A stretch of DNA of 64,000 bases from NCBI RefSeq assembly GCF_009914755.1, contig NC_060934.1. One strand, 5' to 3'. The translations under genes and the position numbers were made by a program. This DNA is from the human T2T-CHM13v2.0 reference genome, Homo sapiens. Positions 43,771 through 59,884 of the stretch are shown piece after piece (within the stretch, counting starts at the first letter, position 1; each line of letters begins with the position of its first letter). The notes under the pieces are model-generated. The model was not told the origin of the DNA. It searched no databases and saw only the letters and a list, made by a program, of their open reading frames with translations.

Positions 43771-44876
43771 ACTTAGGGTCCCTTGAATGTTCCAATGGCC
43801 CATTTGTTGAATGTTCATATTACTATGTTTTGCAGTTGTTGTTTTCTTGCCTATTTCTCCAAATAAACTGTATGATTTCTGAAGACAGAGCTGTCTCTCA
43901 CTTTATTTCTAGTCCCTAAGGTTGTACCAGCTAATGGGAGGCTCCCAATAAATGTGTCTTAATTGAGTTTGACAGTGAATGAATTGAAATCCGATTCAAA
44001 TTCAAATCAGGATAGTTGGTATTGGATTGCATCCCACTAAAAGAGAATTTTTAATGTTAGGATATTTGCATTCTTGCCCTTGGTTACAGTATATCTCTTC
44101 ACTAAATGGCCTCAACTTCTCCAAGACCTCGGTTTCCCATCTTTAAAATGAAAGTAGATATTGCTGACTTTCCATATAATACAGAACATCAGATAGGAAA
44201 AGAATGTTGTATAGATAAGAGGGTTAATGAATTTTTTCCATCCACTATGTTCCTACAACTTTGTTTCAGTTTTATTCTCCATAGCCATTTGTACAAACGT
44301 AGCGATGCCTTCTGAATATTAAAAATCAAAAAAGCCTTGGGGAAAGTTTTTTTTTCTGAATTTTGTCCTCCAGCTCCCTACCAATTTTTTATTTTGCTAA
44401 CATGGCCAGAATGCCTTACATTTTCTTACAACTTTGAAAAACATTAATTCTAAAAACTCCAGGAGCTAAGCTTTTTATTTCATTGACACATATTCAACCA
44501 AAACTACAAATTAATAGCATCATTACTGCTATGTCTCTGGCAGAACCAGAGTTCCGCATAGTGTTTTGCTTCACAGATAAAGCATTTGACTTGCAAGAAG
44601 ACTACACATGCTGATCCCTGCCCTGCTGTGTTCTCAGACTTTGAGAAACAAAGGTCCCTTTTCAAGCCCACGAGTTATTTCTGCTTTTGGAGAATGTTTT
44701 TGTAATACTATTTTGGTGCTGGGTTTCATAATATCCTAAGGTAGCTTAAATTTGATGGGCCTGATGAGGTTAGTTCTAATGTTAAAGCTATTCCAAATAG
44801 ACAGGAGGAAAAAAGTGTGTATTCACTTTAAGCACAACATCTATATAGAGAATAGAGGTACCATTTTAAATATCCC

Positions 44877-45253
44877 TGATATGGTTTGGCTATATGTCCC
44901 CACCCAAATCTCATGTCAAATTACAACCCTCAATGATGGAGGAGGGGTCTGGTAGGAGGTGATTGGGTCATGGAGGCGGACTTCCCTTTTGCTCTTCTTG
45001 TGATAGCGAGTTCTCATGAAATCTGGTTTAAAAGTGTGTAGCACTTCCCCCTTAATTCTCTTTTTCCTGCTCCCACCATGTAAGATGTGCCTCCTTTCTG
45101 TTCATCTTCCACCATGATTGTAAGTTTCCTGAGACCTCCCCAGCCATACTTCCTGCACAGCCTGCAGAACTGTGAGTCAATCAAACCTCTCTTCTTTATA
45201 ACTTACCCAGTCTCAGGCAGTTCTTTACAGCAATGGGACAACGGACTAATACA
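44877..45253 (+). mobile_element. MSTA solo LTR
   Basis: TGATATGGTTTGGC ... ACGGACTAATACA; TSD ATCCC. Confidence 0.92.
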
Positions 45254-45338
45254 ATCCCCATTTGATATTTTAGCATGACCTAACATCATATGAGCCAATA
45301 GTTTTTCCCACCATACTTTCCAACCTTTGGTTTCGATC

Positions 45339-45985
<647 letters not shown>

Positions 45986-48529
45986 GATCCTTTGCTTATC
46001 TTTGGTGATTAAATTTATTTAGATAGCCATAACTTCATGGTATATGAGTCAACAAATATTGATTACACAGAAATCCTGGAAATTAAAGCAATAAAATATA
46101 TCTTATATGGTGTTGATTTATTTTGGTTTTTTGTTTCCAATAATAGCTTTTCTGTTTTGTTAGATTTTGGCATCTCTTCATACTTACGAACTAACCACTT
46201 TTCTTTCTTATTTGGCCAGCTGAAAATGATGCCATAAGAATCTTCTATCTATCTATCTTCCTTACAGTGTTTAATCCTGTGTGGTGATAATAATCATCAA
46301 ACACTCTTGAAACTGGCAAAGAAAGGACTGGTCAGCAATAGTACAGCAAATTATTATTTACTAAAAAGGAGGTTGGGTTGGAGATCTCATCCAACCTTAA
46401 AATACATCAAAATTGTTCTAACGTTATTGCCAACTAGGTAGCCAGTTCTAAGCATCTAAGGACTTTGCTTGCCTGCAGATCTATTACTTATTAAGGACAA
46501 AAGGTTTTGGCTCAAAAAATCCTTATAAACTTCAAAGACAAGATTCATCGCTTCCTTATTTTTGTGGCACTTAAAAAGAGGATTAAGTCCTCAAACCTGT
46601 CCCCTCTCACAGAACTAAGGATGTGTAAAAGTATAAAAATCCTATCTTACATTTCACAGCAGGAACAGGGACAGGAGAAAAGAAAGGAGGAATTTTAAAG
46701 GCATCCTTTTAAAAGTATATTTGTATTCACCTGCTCAGATATTCCCTGCCCAGTGCGGTAATTTTTTCACATTATCTTATAGGCATGGATACAGAGGAGA
46801 GTGGTAGATAACAGTCTTCATGACCTTAGCTTTTCCCCACTAACCAGCAATTGCTAAACACTTATACTGAGGAAAGATTTGCACTGCCTAGGAAAAAAAT
46901 CCCATGAAATTAAATATTCAGTCCCTGACCTCATAAAGCTTATGATCATTTGGGCAATATACATGTACACACTTCAGATGTTTTTTAAAACTTGTGTTAA
47001 AGGTCATCATTCTTAATCAGGTTGTCTTCTGTTTAAATTATCTGCATTAAATTGATGTATAAGTGCTGAAAATCAGTACTTTTCAGCCAGTAGAGTCACT
47101 AAGACAAAGAAGAATATTGAGATCCATAAAGTCTTGATTCTAGCTTCCTTTGCTCTGTCCCAGAAAAGCTGTGAAACCTCGGGCCAAGTCAATTCTCTTC
47201 CACGGCCTCAGACTGTTATCTAGAGGAGCATGGGTTGCATTTTTGCTTTCTTTGAATTCTAAAAGTTTATGGTACTAGAGGAAAGAATTCATGGTATCAG
47301 AGAACAATGAGTATTTTCAGTCAATGTCCAGGCTACCACTATGCATTAAGGTCTTTGTAGGCCACTGATGAGCTCCTTCCCCAAAAGTAGGAGTGGTTAT
47401 GAGAGGTTAACTATTCCTTCACAGTTTGGATGTACATTAGGATTTTCTTGCATTCCACAATATTTCTAGGTGCTTACATTTCAGTTGGTATTAATGAGTA
47501 CAATTCCTGACCTCAAAATAACTGGACAAATATTTCAGAACTTAGTCCACATTATTTCCTCAGGGGAAGCAAAGACAGGTGTCCCACGGGAGAGCTGACC
47601 TTGAAATTCATCTCTGCTTAGACAACATTTCAATATTTTAAATAGATCCAAAATGCAAGCAGAAGGGGTATTTTCATCTTCCTTTACCATGTGTAAAACC
47701 ACACACCTCTTTAAAAATAAAAACTACTTTGGAATCCTGTTTGATGGCTGTGGATGCTGATTAGCTCTCTGTGGAATAAATTTTGCTTCAAGTATATGAA
47801 AAAAGTGCTTATAGTCACTAATGAGAACTCCCATATAAGAATGATAAAGATCCCTGTTACATTCTGTCCAGTGGCTGCCAAAAGCCCAGGCTGTGTCCTC
47901 TGAAGTCAGAGTTTGATATTCCAGACTGAAGCCTGTAGTAATTTAGACAAAGTGTTGGAAATGATCTCAGCCATTCTAATACAAATGAGTTTAATTGAAG
48001 CATTTGGTTATGGGGTGAACGCAAATCAAATATTGTGAGATGTTTCAATTATAGTTATTGGTTCTCTTGAAAGAAAGGTTTCACATGCAATAATTTCATC
48101 CTGTGCTCCATTTGCTTCTCTGCGCTCTTAGGAATGCTGATTCAGTGTCAAGTTTCCTTACTATCACAAGGGCTAATTAAGGCTTACTTAATGGTGGTGC
48201 AGACAACATGCACTATTTTAGTGCAGTAAGTGATTAACTGAGTTATACATGGGGTCAAAGGCCTAAGCTTTTATCTCTGGTGGTGGTCCTCAACCTGGGA
48301 AGCACAAGCACAAGACAGTTCACTGGCATAAAGGAAGAAAATATTAGAACTAACATATTTGTATTTATGTTTACTTTTTTAAAAATGTAAGCTTTACTCA
48401 TATATATGTTGCTTCTGTGGTTATTGTTGTGGTTACTGTTGTTTTGGTTATTTATCATAGTCAATAAAAGATGTTTTGATAGAAAAAGTGACTTTAAAAC
48501 TCACAGTTTAATAACTGACACTTCAGTGA

Positions 48530-48658
48530 TACAAGATGATTAGGTTCTAGAGATCTGTACAGCATCATGGTGAAGTTAACCATTCCGTATTGCACATAAA
48601 AATTCTTTGGGTAGATCTCCTGTTAAGTGTTCTTAACACAACAATAATTAAAAAGAAT
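48530..48658 (+). mobile_element. Old L1M 3' terminal fragment
   Basis: gttctagagatctgtacagcatcatgg...gtattgcac...gggtagatctc.tgttaagtgttctta. Confidence 0.6.
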
Positions 48659-48918
48659 AAGTTAGGCAGTTTTATGGGAACATTAGTGAATATACTAGTG
48701 GATCATCACAAATAATAAACTAGTGACTCAAACATAAAAGAAACCCGTACATGCATTGGTTACACAAAAAAGAATTCTAAATTTCAAATGGTTTCTTATT
48801 CAAAACTGTTACCCACATATTTTTAGATAAATATATTGTACATTATGTGCTTACATGTAATTTTTAACAATTTGAATTTAATATGTGAAAACATTTTCAA
48901 TAAAAGAAAGCCAAGGTA

Positions 48919-48953
48919 ATCATTTCTCAGCCTTTTGGCTAAGATCAAGTGTA
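48919..48953 (+). pseudogene. 3'-truncated U2 snRNA retropseudogene (nt 1-35)
   Basis: ATCATTTCTCAGCCTTTTGGCTAAGATCAAGTGTA versus U2 ATCGCTTCTCGGCCTTTTGGCTAAGATCAAGTGTA (32/35). Degenerate TSD aaagaaagccaaggta / aaagaaattcaagta. Confidence 0.9.
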
Positions 48954-49308
48954 AAAGAAATTCAAGTATTTTTTTTAAAAAGAGAATTATTAACAATATC
49001 CTAAAATTATTTTCAACTTTCTACAATTTATATGTGTCCCATTTATGTGTCTAGTTAAGACAACTGACAGAAAATATACACTAGTTTTACTAACCTTCAC
49101 AGAATGTCTACAAAGCTTAAAAAATTAATAGACAGGCACCATGGATTGAAGAAAATATTCTTAATACAAGCAAAAGTAGACAATAAGAAAATGATTAAAC
49201 TTGTCATAGGTGAGTCCTTCAACAGCTATTGCATAGAAAAAGTATCAGTTAAGTTAGCATTTACAGAAATGATAGTTTAATAATGTCATTTAAAAAATAA
49301 AAATAATT

Positions 49309-49654
<346 letters not shown>

Positions 49655-50039
49655 TTAGAAATATTTTTGTTTGATAATTCTGTTGCAAAAATTAATGTAT
49701 GTCACTGAAAGAATTCCTCTCACCAGTGCATTCTTTCTTAAAAGGTAGAAAACTATCCAATCTACTTAAAAATATCCAAAATATATTTAATGGATTTCAG
49801 TCATTTGCTTAAAATAATTTGTATTAGTTTATTAATAATAGGAATTAATTACTAGGAATGATCAGAGAAAGTGAAAAATTACTAAACTAATTTTGAGAAA
49901 AACACATAATTGGTGATTGAGACTAAAAATTGAGAAGCATCTCTTTTAAACCTAAGTTCCAGGGGTCCAAGACCTACAACTGATTTTTTAATAGCTGTAT
50001 TCTTAGGACCTAGGACCAGTCATGAATCCTAGCACGTAC

Positions 50040-50442
50040 TATTAAATTAAGTTTAGACTAACTCTGCCTCTTTGCATATTTTAAGTTCAGCCTAAAAATA
50101 ATTTCTCCATACATAAAACCACAACCTAACTGGATATATAAACAGACTATAAATTACTCTTGTGCCAATCACTGAGTTTCAACCAATCAAAGTCAGTTGA
50201 CTAATCCCACTGTGCTCAAATAAGGCAAATGCCAAGGAATAGCCAATCTGGCTATTTCTGCACCTCACTTCCATTTTCTGTATGTCACTTATCTTTTTCC
50301 ATCCCTAAATCTTTTTTCACTATTTGACTGTGCTGGAGTCTCTCTGAACCTATTCTGGTTTAGGGGCTGCCCGACTCACAAATCATTCTTTGCTCAATTA
50401 AACTCTGTTAAATATATTTTGTCTAAGATTTTTATTCTAACA
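50040..50442 (+). mobile_element. MER57 solo LTR (ERV1)
   Basis: TTAAATTAAGTTTAG...CATATTTTAAGTTCAGCCTAAA, three CCAAT boxes, ATTAAA signal, ends TAACA; TSD (g/a)tac. Confidence 0.88.
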
Positions 50443-50481
50443 ATACTCAATAAATATTTGTGAAATGAATGACTATCCCTA

Positions 50482-50672
50482 CACTGGCTCAATAAACTAC
50501 AGGACACCCAGTTAAAGTTGAACTTCAGATAAACACCAAGTTGTTGTCGTTTATTTTTAGTGTATGCCCTATGCAATATTTGAGACATACTTACGTGTTA
50601 AAAACTATTATTTTTCTGAAATTTAGATTTTATTTTGTGTCCCATATTCTTATTTGCTGAATCCAACAATGC
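50482..50672. mobile_element. MER53 (hAT MITE)
   Basis: tacaggacacccagttaaa.ttgaa.ttcagataaac...atgcaatatttg.gacatactta. Confidence 0.75.
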
Positions 50673-50722
50673 CACCTCAGAATTTTTTGAAGTTGTATGG
50701 GGTGTTTAAAATAATCTAATGT

Positions 50723-50770
50723 TACAATTCGACATGAGATGTGGGTGGGGACACAGAACCAAACCATATG
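50723..50770 (-). mobile_element. Terminal fragment of an MST/THE1 LTR
   Basis: tacaattcgacatgagatgtgggtggggacacagaaccaaaccatat. Confidence 0.8.
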
Positions 50771-51604
50771 AAAGGGTATCAAGTTAATTCCATTTGTATA
50801 TAAAGTATGAAACTCCTAAACAGATATATTTGTCAAGTCAGCCTTGAAGCACCACCAATCCCTAAATCCCTAAGAATTTGTCACTCTGAAAAACAATACT
50901 CTTGTTTTCATTTTTGCTTAGTACCACTCTTAAAACAGCAATGTTACTACCACAAAAGAGGAAAAGAAATTAACTTTTAATTTCCATCTTGAAATGATAT
51001 AAAAAAACTTGAAGCAGACCATGCTACTCTGAGCAATTGGATAAAATATCAAGCATACGTAAAAGCATCAAGTTCAGCTATACAGAAAAAATGCTTCATG
51101 TACACAGGAGATGAAATTGTGACTTCCTAGGCATAGCGCTTGGCACGCAGTTGGATACTCATAATTAAAGTTGGACCCTCAAAGGAAAGAGATTAATATT
51201 TTACATTAAGATATCCCAAAACCTAATACATTATGATACAACCAAAGGTTAAATTCTCAATGAACAACAGTGATCCCTAGGCTAGTAGGCTATCAGGTCA
51301 TGCCCAGATTCTTTCAAAAGAAACCATTACCTCTTTTGTCCTTGGACCTTAAGTCTGAAAAAAAAAGTATTTCACCCTAGTCTCTATCATCCCATATACA
51401 AATTTTCTTTGATGTTCACTTCAAGTGCCATCGTCTTGTCCATGATACCTGAGCTGAAGCTAGAGCAGTGACCATCATTCTCATTCCTTTGCAATATATA
51501 TGACCTTATGATAGTTCTTCTTCTGTTATTTAACCTTAAGTGCTTGTGTCTTCTCTCTTCAATTGTGCCATGGAGGATATAAGCTTTGTGCAATCCAACA
51601 GAGA

Positions 51605-52152
<548 letters not shown>

Positions 52153-55100
52153 TCTAGAACATCTGACATAGCTTCCTGAATGTAGTATTTATTTTTCCTT
52201 ATTTGTCTTCAAAGGCACAGAAAGACTCATTCAACTATTCTCCAAGTCTCAATGATGCTCTATTTTACAGTTGGATGCCACTTACTAGTGAATTCATTTG
52301 CTTAGTTGAAAGCTGGTTGGCTGCCAAGGCACTGATCACTTTAGAAACAAGAAGTCTTACTTTCTCAGGAATATTCTACCATTTTTAGCTCTAAATTTTT
52401 CACTGGATAGATGACTTACGGGGAAATGTTTAATTCTAGGTTCTCTTTTGACTCATAATCCTGACTTTCACCCTCATTTGTTGACCTTGCAAAAACATTT
52501 TAATATCTACCACTTCAGAAACATTTAATTAAAAATTAGAATATGGAACAGTTACATACACACACATTTATATACATAGTAAACTTTTTGAAGGCATGAC
52601 TCAGTGCAGAATACCTGGACCTGTTACAGGATAATAATGATAGCTACATTGATATTCCCACACCAATTGACTGTTATCAAAACAAGTTCACATACCAGTG
52701 AAATTGGAGAAAGGTGAGAAAGTGCCACAAGCAAGACAGGGTAAAATGGCATTTAATATTCATCATTTTAATTTTCCAAACGGAGAAATCACACAGATGC
52801 AGATATTGGCATAGGAAAACTTTGAATGTACAAGCATGAATATTTTAACAGTAGTTTTATCTAGATGGTAACATTTCTACTGGTTCTTTTAACATGTTCA
52901 TGAATTTTAAGTGAACTAAATTATAAAAATTGAATATATTTTTTGTACAATGAAAACATTCATAAAAATAATGAATGCATCTGTACATGTTCCAAAAGAT
53001 TTGGATATTCTGATATTTTTCATTTCACTGATGCTCTGATTTCAAACATTAACACCTTAGACATATACCTCAATGAAGCTCAAATAGTTTCTGGTCATTT
53101 GTCCTGAAGAAAGCTTTTCTACTCCTGTGCCTTAGAATCCATCATTTCACCCAATATTGCCAACTGTTTGACCTTTTGCTGTTCCTCATCTCACATTTAT
53201 GACCACTCCCCGCATTTCCAGGAAGCATAGAAAGAGGATAACAACCCAAAAGAAACTATCACAGTGAACTACAACAGGAAAAAATACAAGGAATTAGGGA
53301 TTCTGAGTACTGGTAATAGCTATGGCATTAAAAAATACATTCGTCAGTTTATTCACTAGATTAACATTTACAGAGTGCATGGAAAGTATCCGACATATGC
53401 TAGGTATCCATGCTGTGATGGTAAGGGGAAAAGACAGTCTCCTGCTACATTGTTTGACCATGAGAAGTCATTTTACTTTTCTCAACTTTGGCTCTCTTTT
53501 CTGTTATTTGAAAGGGTTGGGAGGCTCTCAGCGGCCCTCTTTAGCTATACATCTGTGGATTTACAGCTTTTTCTCTCTGTTAACTTGGAAGGGGGAGAAT
53601 TTTTCTGTACCCACCCTGAAGCAATCAAACAAAAAAGATTTTGGAGAAAAGAGAAGGGGAAGAAGAATGAACAACTGAGAGTTTTTCAGTACTGCTGTGT
53701 GCCCTGTGTGAGCTCACTACCATCTCTAGGAATTGCAGCAATGGTAATGATATTTTTCAGTTAATAACCTCATAAATATATTTACTATTTCTTGGAATCC
53801 TAGCTATTATTGGATCAATTTATTTTTATGTATCACATGCTATTTGGTGTCTGGCTAGGAAAATGGCCAATGATATCTAGGAATGGGACTACATATCGCA
53901 TACTGCTTTTGTGCAACTGTCCTTGTATTCCAAGATACAATGGCTTCAGTTACATACACACGTCTCTAAAACCCTGTGTCTTTTGTTCACCCACTTTCAT
54001 ATGATCTTCCACTTTTATTGCTCAGAACATCCATGTGATTGAAAGCATGGTTCTCACACAGGTTATTAAATGAGTTTCTCCCTGCTGATAACATCATTAA
54101 CAGAGCCAGATTGCTTGTGTTGCAGTGTTAAGAGTTCATGGTTATAAATACATGTCTCAAGGGATCAAGTTAATGGTATGAGATATTAGGATGTTGAGCA
54201 AGGTAGGGAACGACGGGAAAGAGTCACACACGAAAAAATAAGTGAGATACTGCAGAGTCTGGTAATCTAGTCCCATTATAAAGGAACTATAATAAGTACA
54301 CAATCATGAAATTTAAAAGAAAACGCAATGAGAAAGATCTTCCCATGACTCTTCATAGTTAAGTGTTATATAGTCTTTATGCAACATCGAAAGGATTAAG
54401 GAACCTGCCATCTTTAAGGAACGTGTTAAGTAGATCCTTGTGTGCAGATGGCGGACTTTAGTTAATAGAGTTGTGCCTTGCAAGACAGCTGTTTCATGGT
54501 GGGCATTACTTCAGGGAGGTTACTGTGTAGAGACAACTTTCAGGGCATTTTGCTTTCTGATGTGTGGTGTAATTTCCGTTAAAGCCCAATTAAAAAATCT
54601 TCAGTAAAGCTGTACGTGATTTTTTTCAAAGCTTTTGAAGTTGTTATGTACTCCTTTGTATCACTGTGCTGAGACCAGATCATTTCTACGATGAGAGCAA
54701 AACTAGCCAGTTTTATTTAGATTATCCATTAATTTTGGTGAAGTGGAACAATGAAGTAGTAGGTTTCAGTACTGACTTTAAGTTTAATATGCAAAGCTTA
54801 CAAAATATCTTTCCTATTACTCTCAGAGCAGCAATGATTCCTGATCTGAAATTATATGCAATCAATTCAGAAAACTGATTTTATTATTACCATCTGTTCC
54901 TAGGGTGTATTGGAGACAGTTTCTGTGCCCCAAATCTAACGATTTCAAATGATTCTGGACCAGCTTACATATATCTCTCCACCCTGGTGCACAGAGGGCC
55001 AAAGCATCATTATTACTGTCATGATTGTTATTTATTAATTGTAATAGCATAAAATTAAATAATGTAAAATAATAATTAAGAATATTTAGTTTCAAGAGAA

Positions 55101-57559
55101 AAGCATATTTTTGTGCCTTTCAATTTAGGTAAAATACTTTCAACCTTTGAGGTTATTCAACCAGTTTAGAGGATCTAAAACATACTTTGTCACTTTGCCA
55201 TTTTGGACTTTTCTTCTCTACTAAGTACACCAGTACTTTTGGGAGCCCTTTATTTGGCTCACTGAAGATGCATCTTTGCTTATTTTTGGAAGTGATTTTT
55301 ATAGCCAAGATTTGATATTTTGCGTGGTTTTTCACTGAATGTCTTAACTATCTGAAAAGTTCTGACACATTTTCCTTAAAACTTTTGTCTTAGGAAGCCA
55401 TGACACTGGAAAGATCTCACAGAGGCTTTGGGGTTTTACAGACCTGAGTTCAAATTCTGATTTTAATTTTAAAATATCAGTCAAATTGTTTATCTTCTAA
55501 ACTATAAAATTGAAGTATATTACTTCACTTCTATAAGGCTCAGTTTTCTTGTAAAACAATGCTTCTTATAAAACTATTTTTAAAATCTTTTTTATTTTTG
55601 TGGTACAGAGTAGGTATATATATTTATGGGGTACATGAGGTATTTCAAACAATGCATTTTATAAGAATATTAAATACACATGTAGTTTTTTGAGAGGTAC
55701 ATGTGCGTTTATGTGTGTATATCTCAAGAAACGATATGTTTCAAGAAACTATGCATATGTTTTGGTTGTAAGATCAAATTCTTTAAATCCCAAATACTTC
55801 TCACACTGTTTGCAAAAGATAAAATGTTGGTTTCCTGTTTATCTGATTATATGGCCTTAAAACTCTAGTAAAATTATCACCTTTACAGTCTGGGGGATAT
55901 TTCTCTTTCAGTTAAGAAGAATTCAGGGATTCTTTGTCCTTTTGGTAAAAAAATTACTCTTCTCCTGAAAAGAAGTTGCACAGATGTCTAATGATCCTAT
56001 ACTTTATACTGGCCAATATACTCTATTAGCAGCTGAGATACCCTCTATTTTTTTCAGCCAGAATTGATGTATCCTTCCTGACGTTTTGTGAGATCACTAT
56101 ATACTGCAAAATAAAAATATGTATTTCTTACTTCTGTGCACATAAGGCTACAGGCATGATTCTGATCTGATCCTCTGATAGGGCATTTAATAATATTATT
56201 ACTTCACTGATCCAGACCAACATGTACCATGGTCAATAAATAAAATGAGGTAAAAATGTCTGCTCCTCTAGTACCTGGTCGGGTTCCAAGTCTGCAATAA
56301 TCCAGAGATGAGTAACCAATTGTCCAAATTAGGACAGGGTTGGGAGAAGGAGCCTAGAGGTGAGGCATTGAGAGTAAGTAAATGAAGGTAACTAATGATG
56401 TGTCAGAAGGTAAGGGACAGACAGTTGGAAAGCAAGGGCTGGAAGAAGTAGAGAATTGGATCGACTCCCTGAAGCAAACATTCAGATATTCACGACGGCT
56501 TTATTTCATAGGTGTCTATAATCCTGGATGGAGTCTTGGGGGAAAAGTTAAAGAACCTACACTAAACAGAAGACACAGACACTACGCAAACTTAGTAAAG
56601 GGGTCTCATCCAATTCTTCATGCTATTCATCTAAGCAAGCATTAATTCAGAGTCTACATAATGTCCATGGCTATGGATTTCTGCTTTTAAGAAAGCCAGA
56701 TCCAACAACGCAAATGTATTTTATATTTATTTCACCAGTGTATAAAAGGAAATCACTGATGCTTTGAAGGAGAAGCCACAGACCTTCCATCTTGGCTTGC
56801 CTACAAACAGCCTTTTATGTACCTTTTTTTAGCAGTCACACACTGACTCCTCTAATGTCTTTTCACCATAGTCCTAGCTACTGAAAAATCCCATGTATTT
56901 TCTAAGATACTGTGGGTCCATATGCTCGAGTGCAGCAATTATTTTCTTTGCTTCCGGAGGGATTAAGAGGTAGAGTTTTAAAAGGCAAATAATTAAACAT
57001 AAAAATGTAACATTATGATCTGTATTTAAGGAACAACAGTGATGTTCATTTTACAAATTACAGAAAACAAAATGTAACAAAATCTGTGTAGCTGGGGGAG
57101 AGGCAGAGTTTTGTTGTTCCTGGTAAGTGATGGATGATTACCATATTGGAATCTGGAGAAAGGCTGCATTCTAGCTAAGGTTGAGTTACAATTGGATTAG
57201 AAAAATATTCCTGTTAGGATACAAGAAGAGGAAGTAGAATGTTTGCTGGCAGTTTAGTAATAAATGTGCATGCCTCAAGAAAGTGCAAATGTTTGTCTTG
57301 TGAAGATATAGTCCCCAGGCCCCATCATTAAATCAAAACCCCAATCAGGGCATCAGCTGTGCCACCATCTTGTGATACTTTAGTTAATTGGTTGACCATT
57401 CTTTTTCCCCAAAATGAATTGCCTCTAATAAGCAAGATGGGCTGAAGGCAGTTTTTAAACTATCAAAAAGTGATTTTCAGTCACTATAAGTGTTTTGCTT
57501 TAGAATTTAAGAAACCCTTCCCTGCTGGCATTAATATACTTGGGCTTGTAGAATCAATG

Positions 57560-57740
57560 GTGCTAAGGGACAGAGGATGTGCTTTGGGATTCTCTACATC
57601 TGGGTTTTGAATCCAAACTCTCCACTATTTCAACCACTTCCAGTTAACTAATGACTTCACCCTGGGCGTAGTACTCACACTCCATTACCTTATTGTTCTG
57701 TAAAATGAAGATAAGAATGCCTACCTCAAAAAATTTAATC
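57560..57740 (+). mobile_element. MIR
   Basis: ctgggttttgaatcc...ctgtaaaatgaagataagaatgcctacctca. Confidence 0.65.
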
Positions 57741-59884
57741 ATACATGTGATAATAAATTTAACATTGTCCACCTAAAAGATGGCCTGAAACATACCACCA
57801 GCTCAATAATGTGCTCTCCAATGTGGATCTTAAATTCTTGAAGGCTAAAAATATTACAATGGGTTTTAAGGAAACCTATGTGGACAAGCAATGCTAATGA
57901 AAAAGATATTGAGACAAACTCTCCCTGGAAAAAGGCAATGATAGCGGTTTTCATCATTTTTTGTTGATTTATTTAAAGACTCCATGAGAAAGAACAAAAT
58001 AAAAGCATTTTTAGAGTCTTAGGCGACAATATATTTTAGAAAGATTCTATCCGTGATAAGTTTTGGAAAGAGAAAGAAAACTCTCAGGCTAGGAGAAATG
58101 CAATAGAAATTAGAAGAACAAATAAACAGAGAAATGGAAACTGAACAATTTTGTAAAAAGGAAGAGAGAGAAAACAAAGAAAAGCAAAAAAGGAATAAAT
58201 GGCATAGCTAAAATATTAGGTTTAATGTCTTTATCAAGCATTAAAAAGTAACCTGTGAGTTATAATAACAAATATTCACCTAAAATTCTGGGACCTTATC
58301 CAAGCTACTCTAAAATTAGGAACTTAAGGAATTTCGCTCATTACACTTCCTTCACAAGTCTTTAGTAAGGGAAAATAATATGTTACTATTATTTTTTAAT
58401 CTCAAAATGAATCATTTAAAAGTGGCTCTCCAAAAACAGATTCTGCTGTCTCAAATTAAACAAGCTACTGAAAATTATTATTTTGAGACCTACTTATGCC
58501 CTTGTACCAATTGTTCTGTTACAGAAAAAAAAATTTAAATTTAGGATAAAATCATTTTGGGGCCTTTTTTGGTTTTGTGAAACCAGGTGGCTCACAGTGT
58601 AAAAAATAACATCCATGTCCAAAGCTCCTTTGAGAATTGCAGACAAGAACCATAGGATGTTAGTGCAAAAGGGATCTCAGGCACTTGTGTTTTATGGATT
58701 AGGTCACTGGAGCCCAAAGAGGCAAACCATTCTTTCATGTGGGTGCTCTGGTCAAAAAAATGTAGCAAAGAGAAGCTAGTCAAGTTAAAACAAGCAAACA
58801 AACAAAAAAAACAAATCTGAATCATAGAAAGTAACTTTATTGGAATTATCAACACAATCAGCCTTTGGAAGTAAGAACTGTATCTATGCAAATATGTGTC
58901 TGAGTATGGGCAGCAGGCATTGTAGATTGAGTGAAAACATTTGCTTCTCTGCATGACTCTGAATAGAAATAAAGGAAACACTGATTTTTTTTTTTCCTCC
59001 ATAAATGTAGAAAATGCTTGACTAATCTCTGATTGCTATTTTGCCCCCAAAGTCTTGCCTATTATTAGGTTTCTTGGCAAATCAGATTCTTTCATTTGCA
59101 GTGGCTATAATCACATGAATTACAGGTTTCATTTAGACTCATCTCACCTCTCCCAGTGGGAAGTATCCTTCTCTCACTTTCAGCAGACAAAAATAATGGC
59201 TGCCAATATGAATGAGGAATCAAGAATATTCAATTACACAGCTGATCTCTGTTATTCGTGAACATTTGAGGACCTTGCACCTTGCTCAGAGCTGTGTCCT
59301 GCTGAAAAATTTCACTGTGACTGTTTGATTTCTAGAATGTCCTTTTGGGTAATCTGCATGCTGATAGTTATCAAGCCCTGTTATAACCTGCATTCTGTCT
59401 GTTATCAGAAACTACACCTTTGCTTCTCTAGGCTATTAATCTTCATGAGACCTTAGAATTTCTGAAGAGTATTGAAACTTGAAGCCAGCCTATAGGGTTT
59501 AATGAAGTTTCATTTCCAGTTTATTTCGACAATGCCATTTCAATTCTGCATTCTAAATGTTTACACAAGAAGCTTAAGAAAATACTTTTAAAATCTAACC
59601 AGAAAGGTAGACAACATGGAGAAATCACATCTGTACATATAGAGGCCATACTCATTAAATTGTTTTGAGGATCAAGAGAAAGAGGAAAGAGGGAAAGGAA
59701 CATTGATCTGTATAATAGATGGCAAGATGGGACTCACCAGTTCTATCTTGACAGTTGAAGAACTTGATTAAGTAACTTAGGGCACAACCTAGGCATCATC
59801 TTCTCCAAAACACTGTCCCAAATACCTTCCAGTCCAAGCTTTAAACTAGGTTAGGTGCTTCTATTGTTACTGTTTTTTCTTAAC

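Noticed and set aside
46175-46235. Possible 32-nt minus-strand micro-exon (ttttcag ... gtaagt)
   Set aside because: The polypyrimidine tract is weak and there are no partner exons; such motifs arise by chance.
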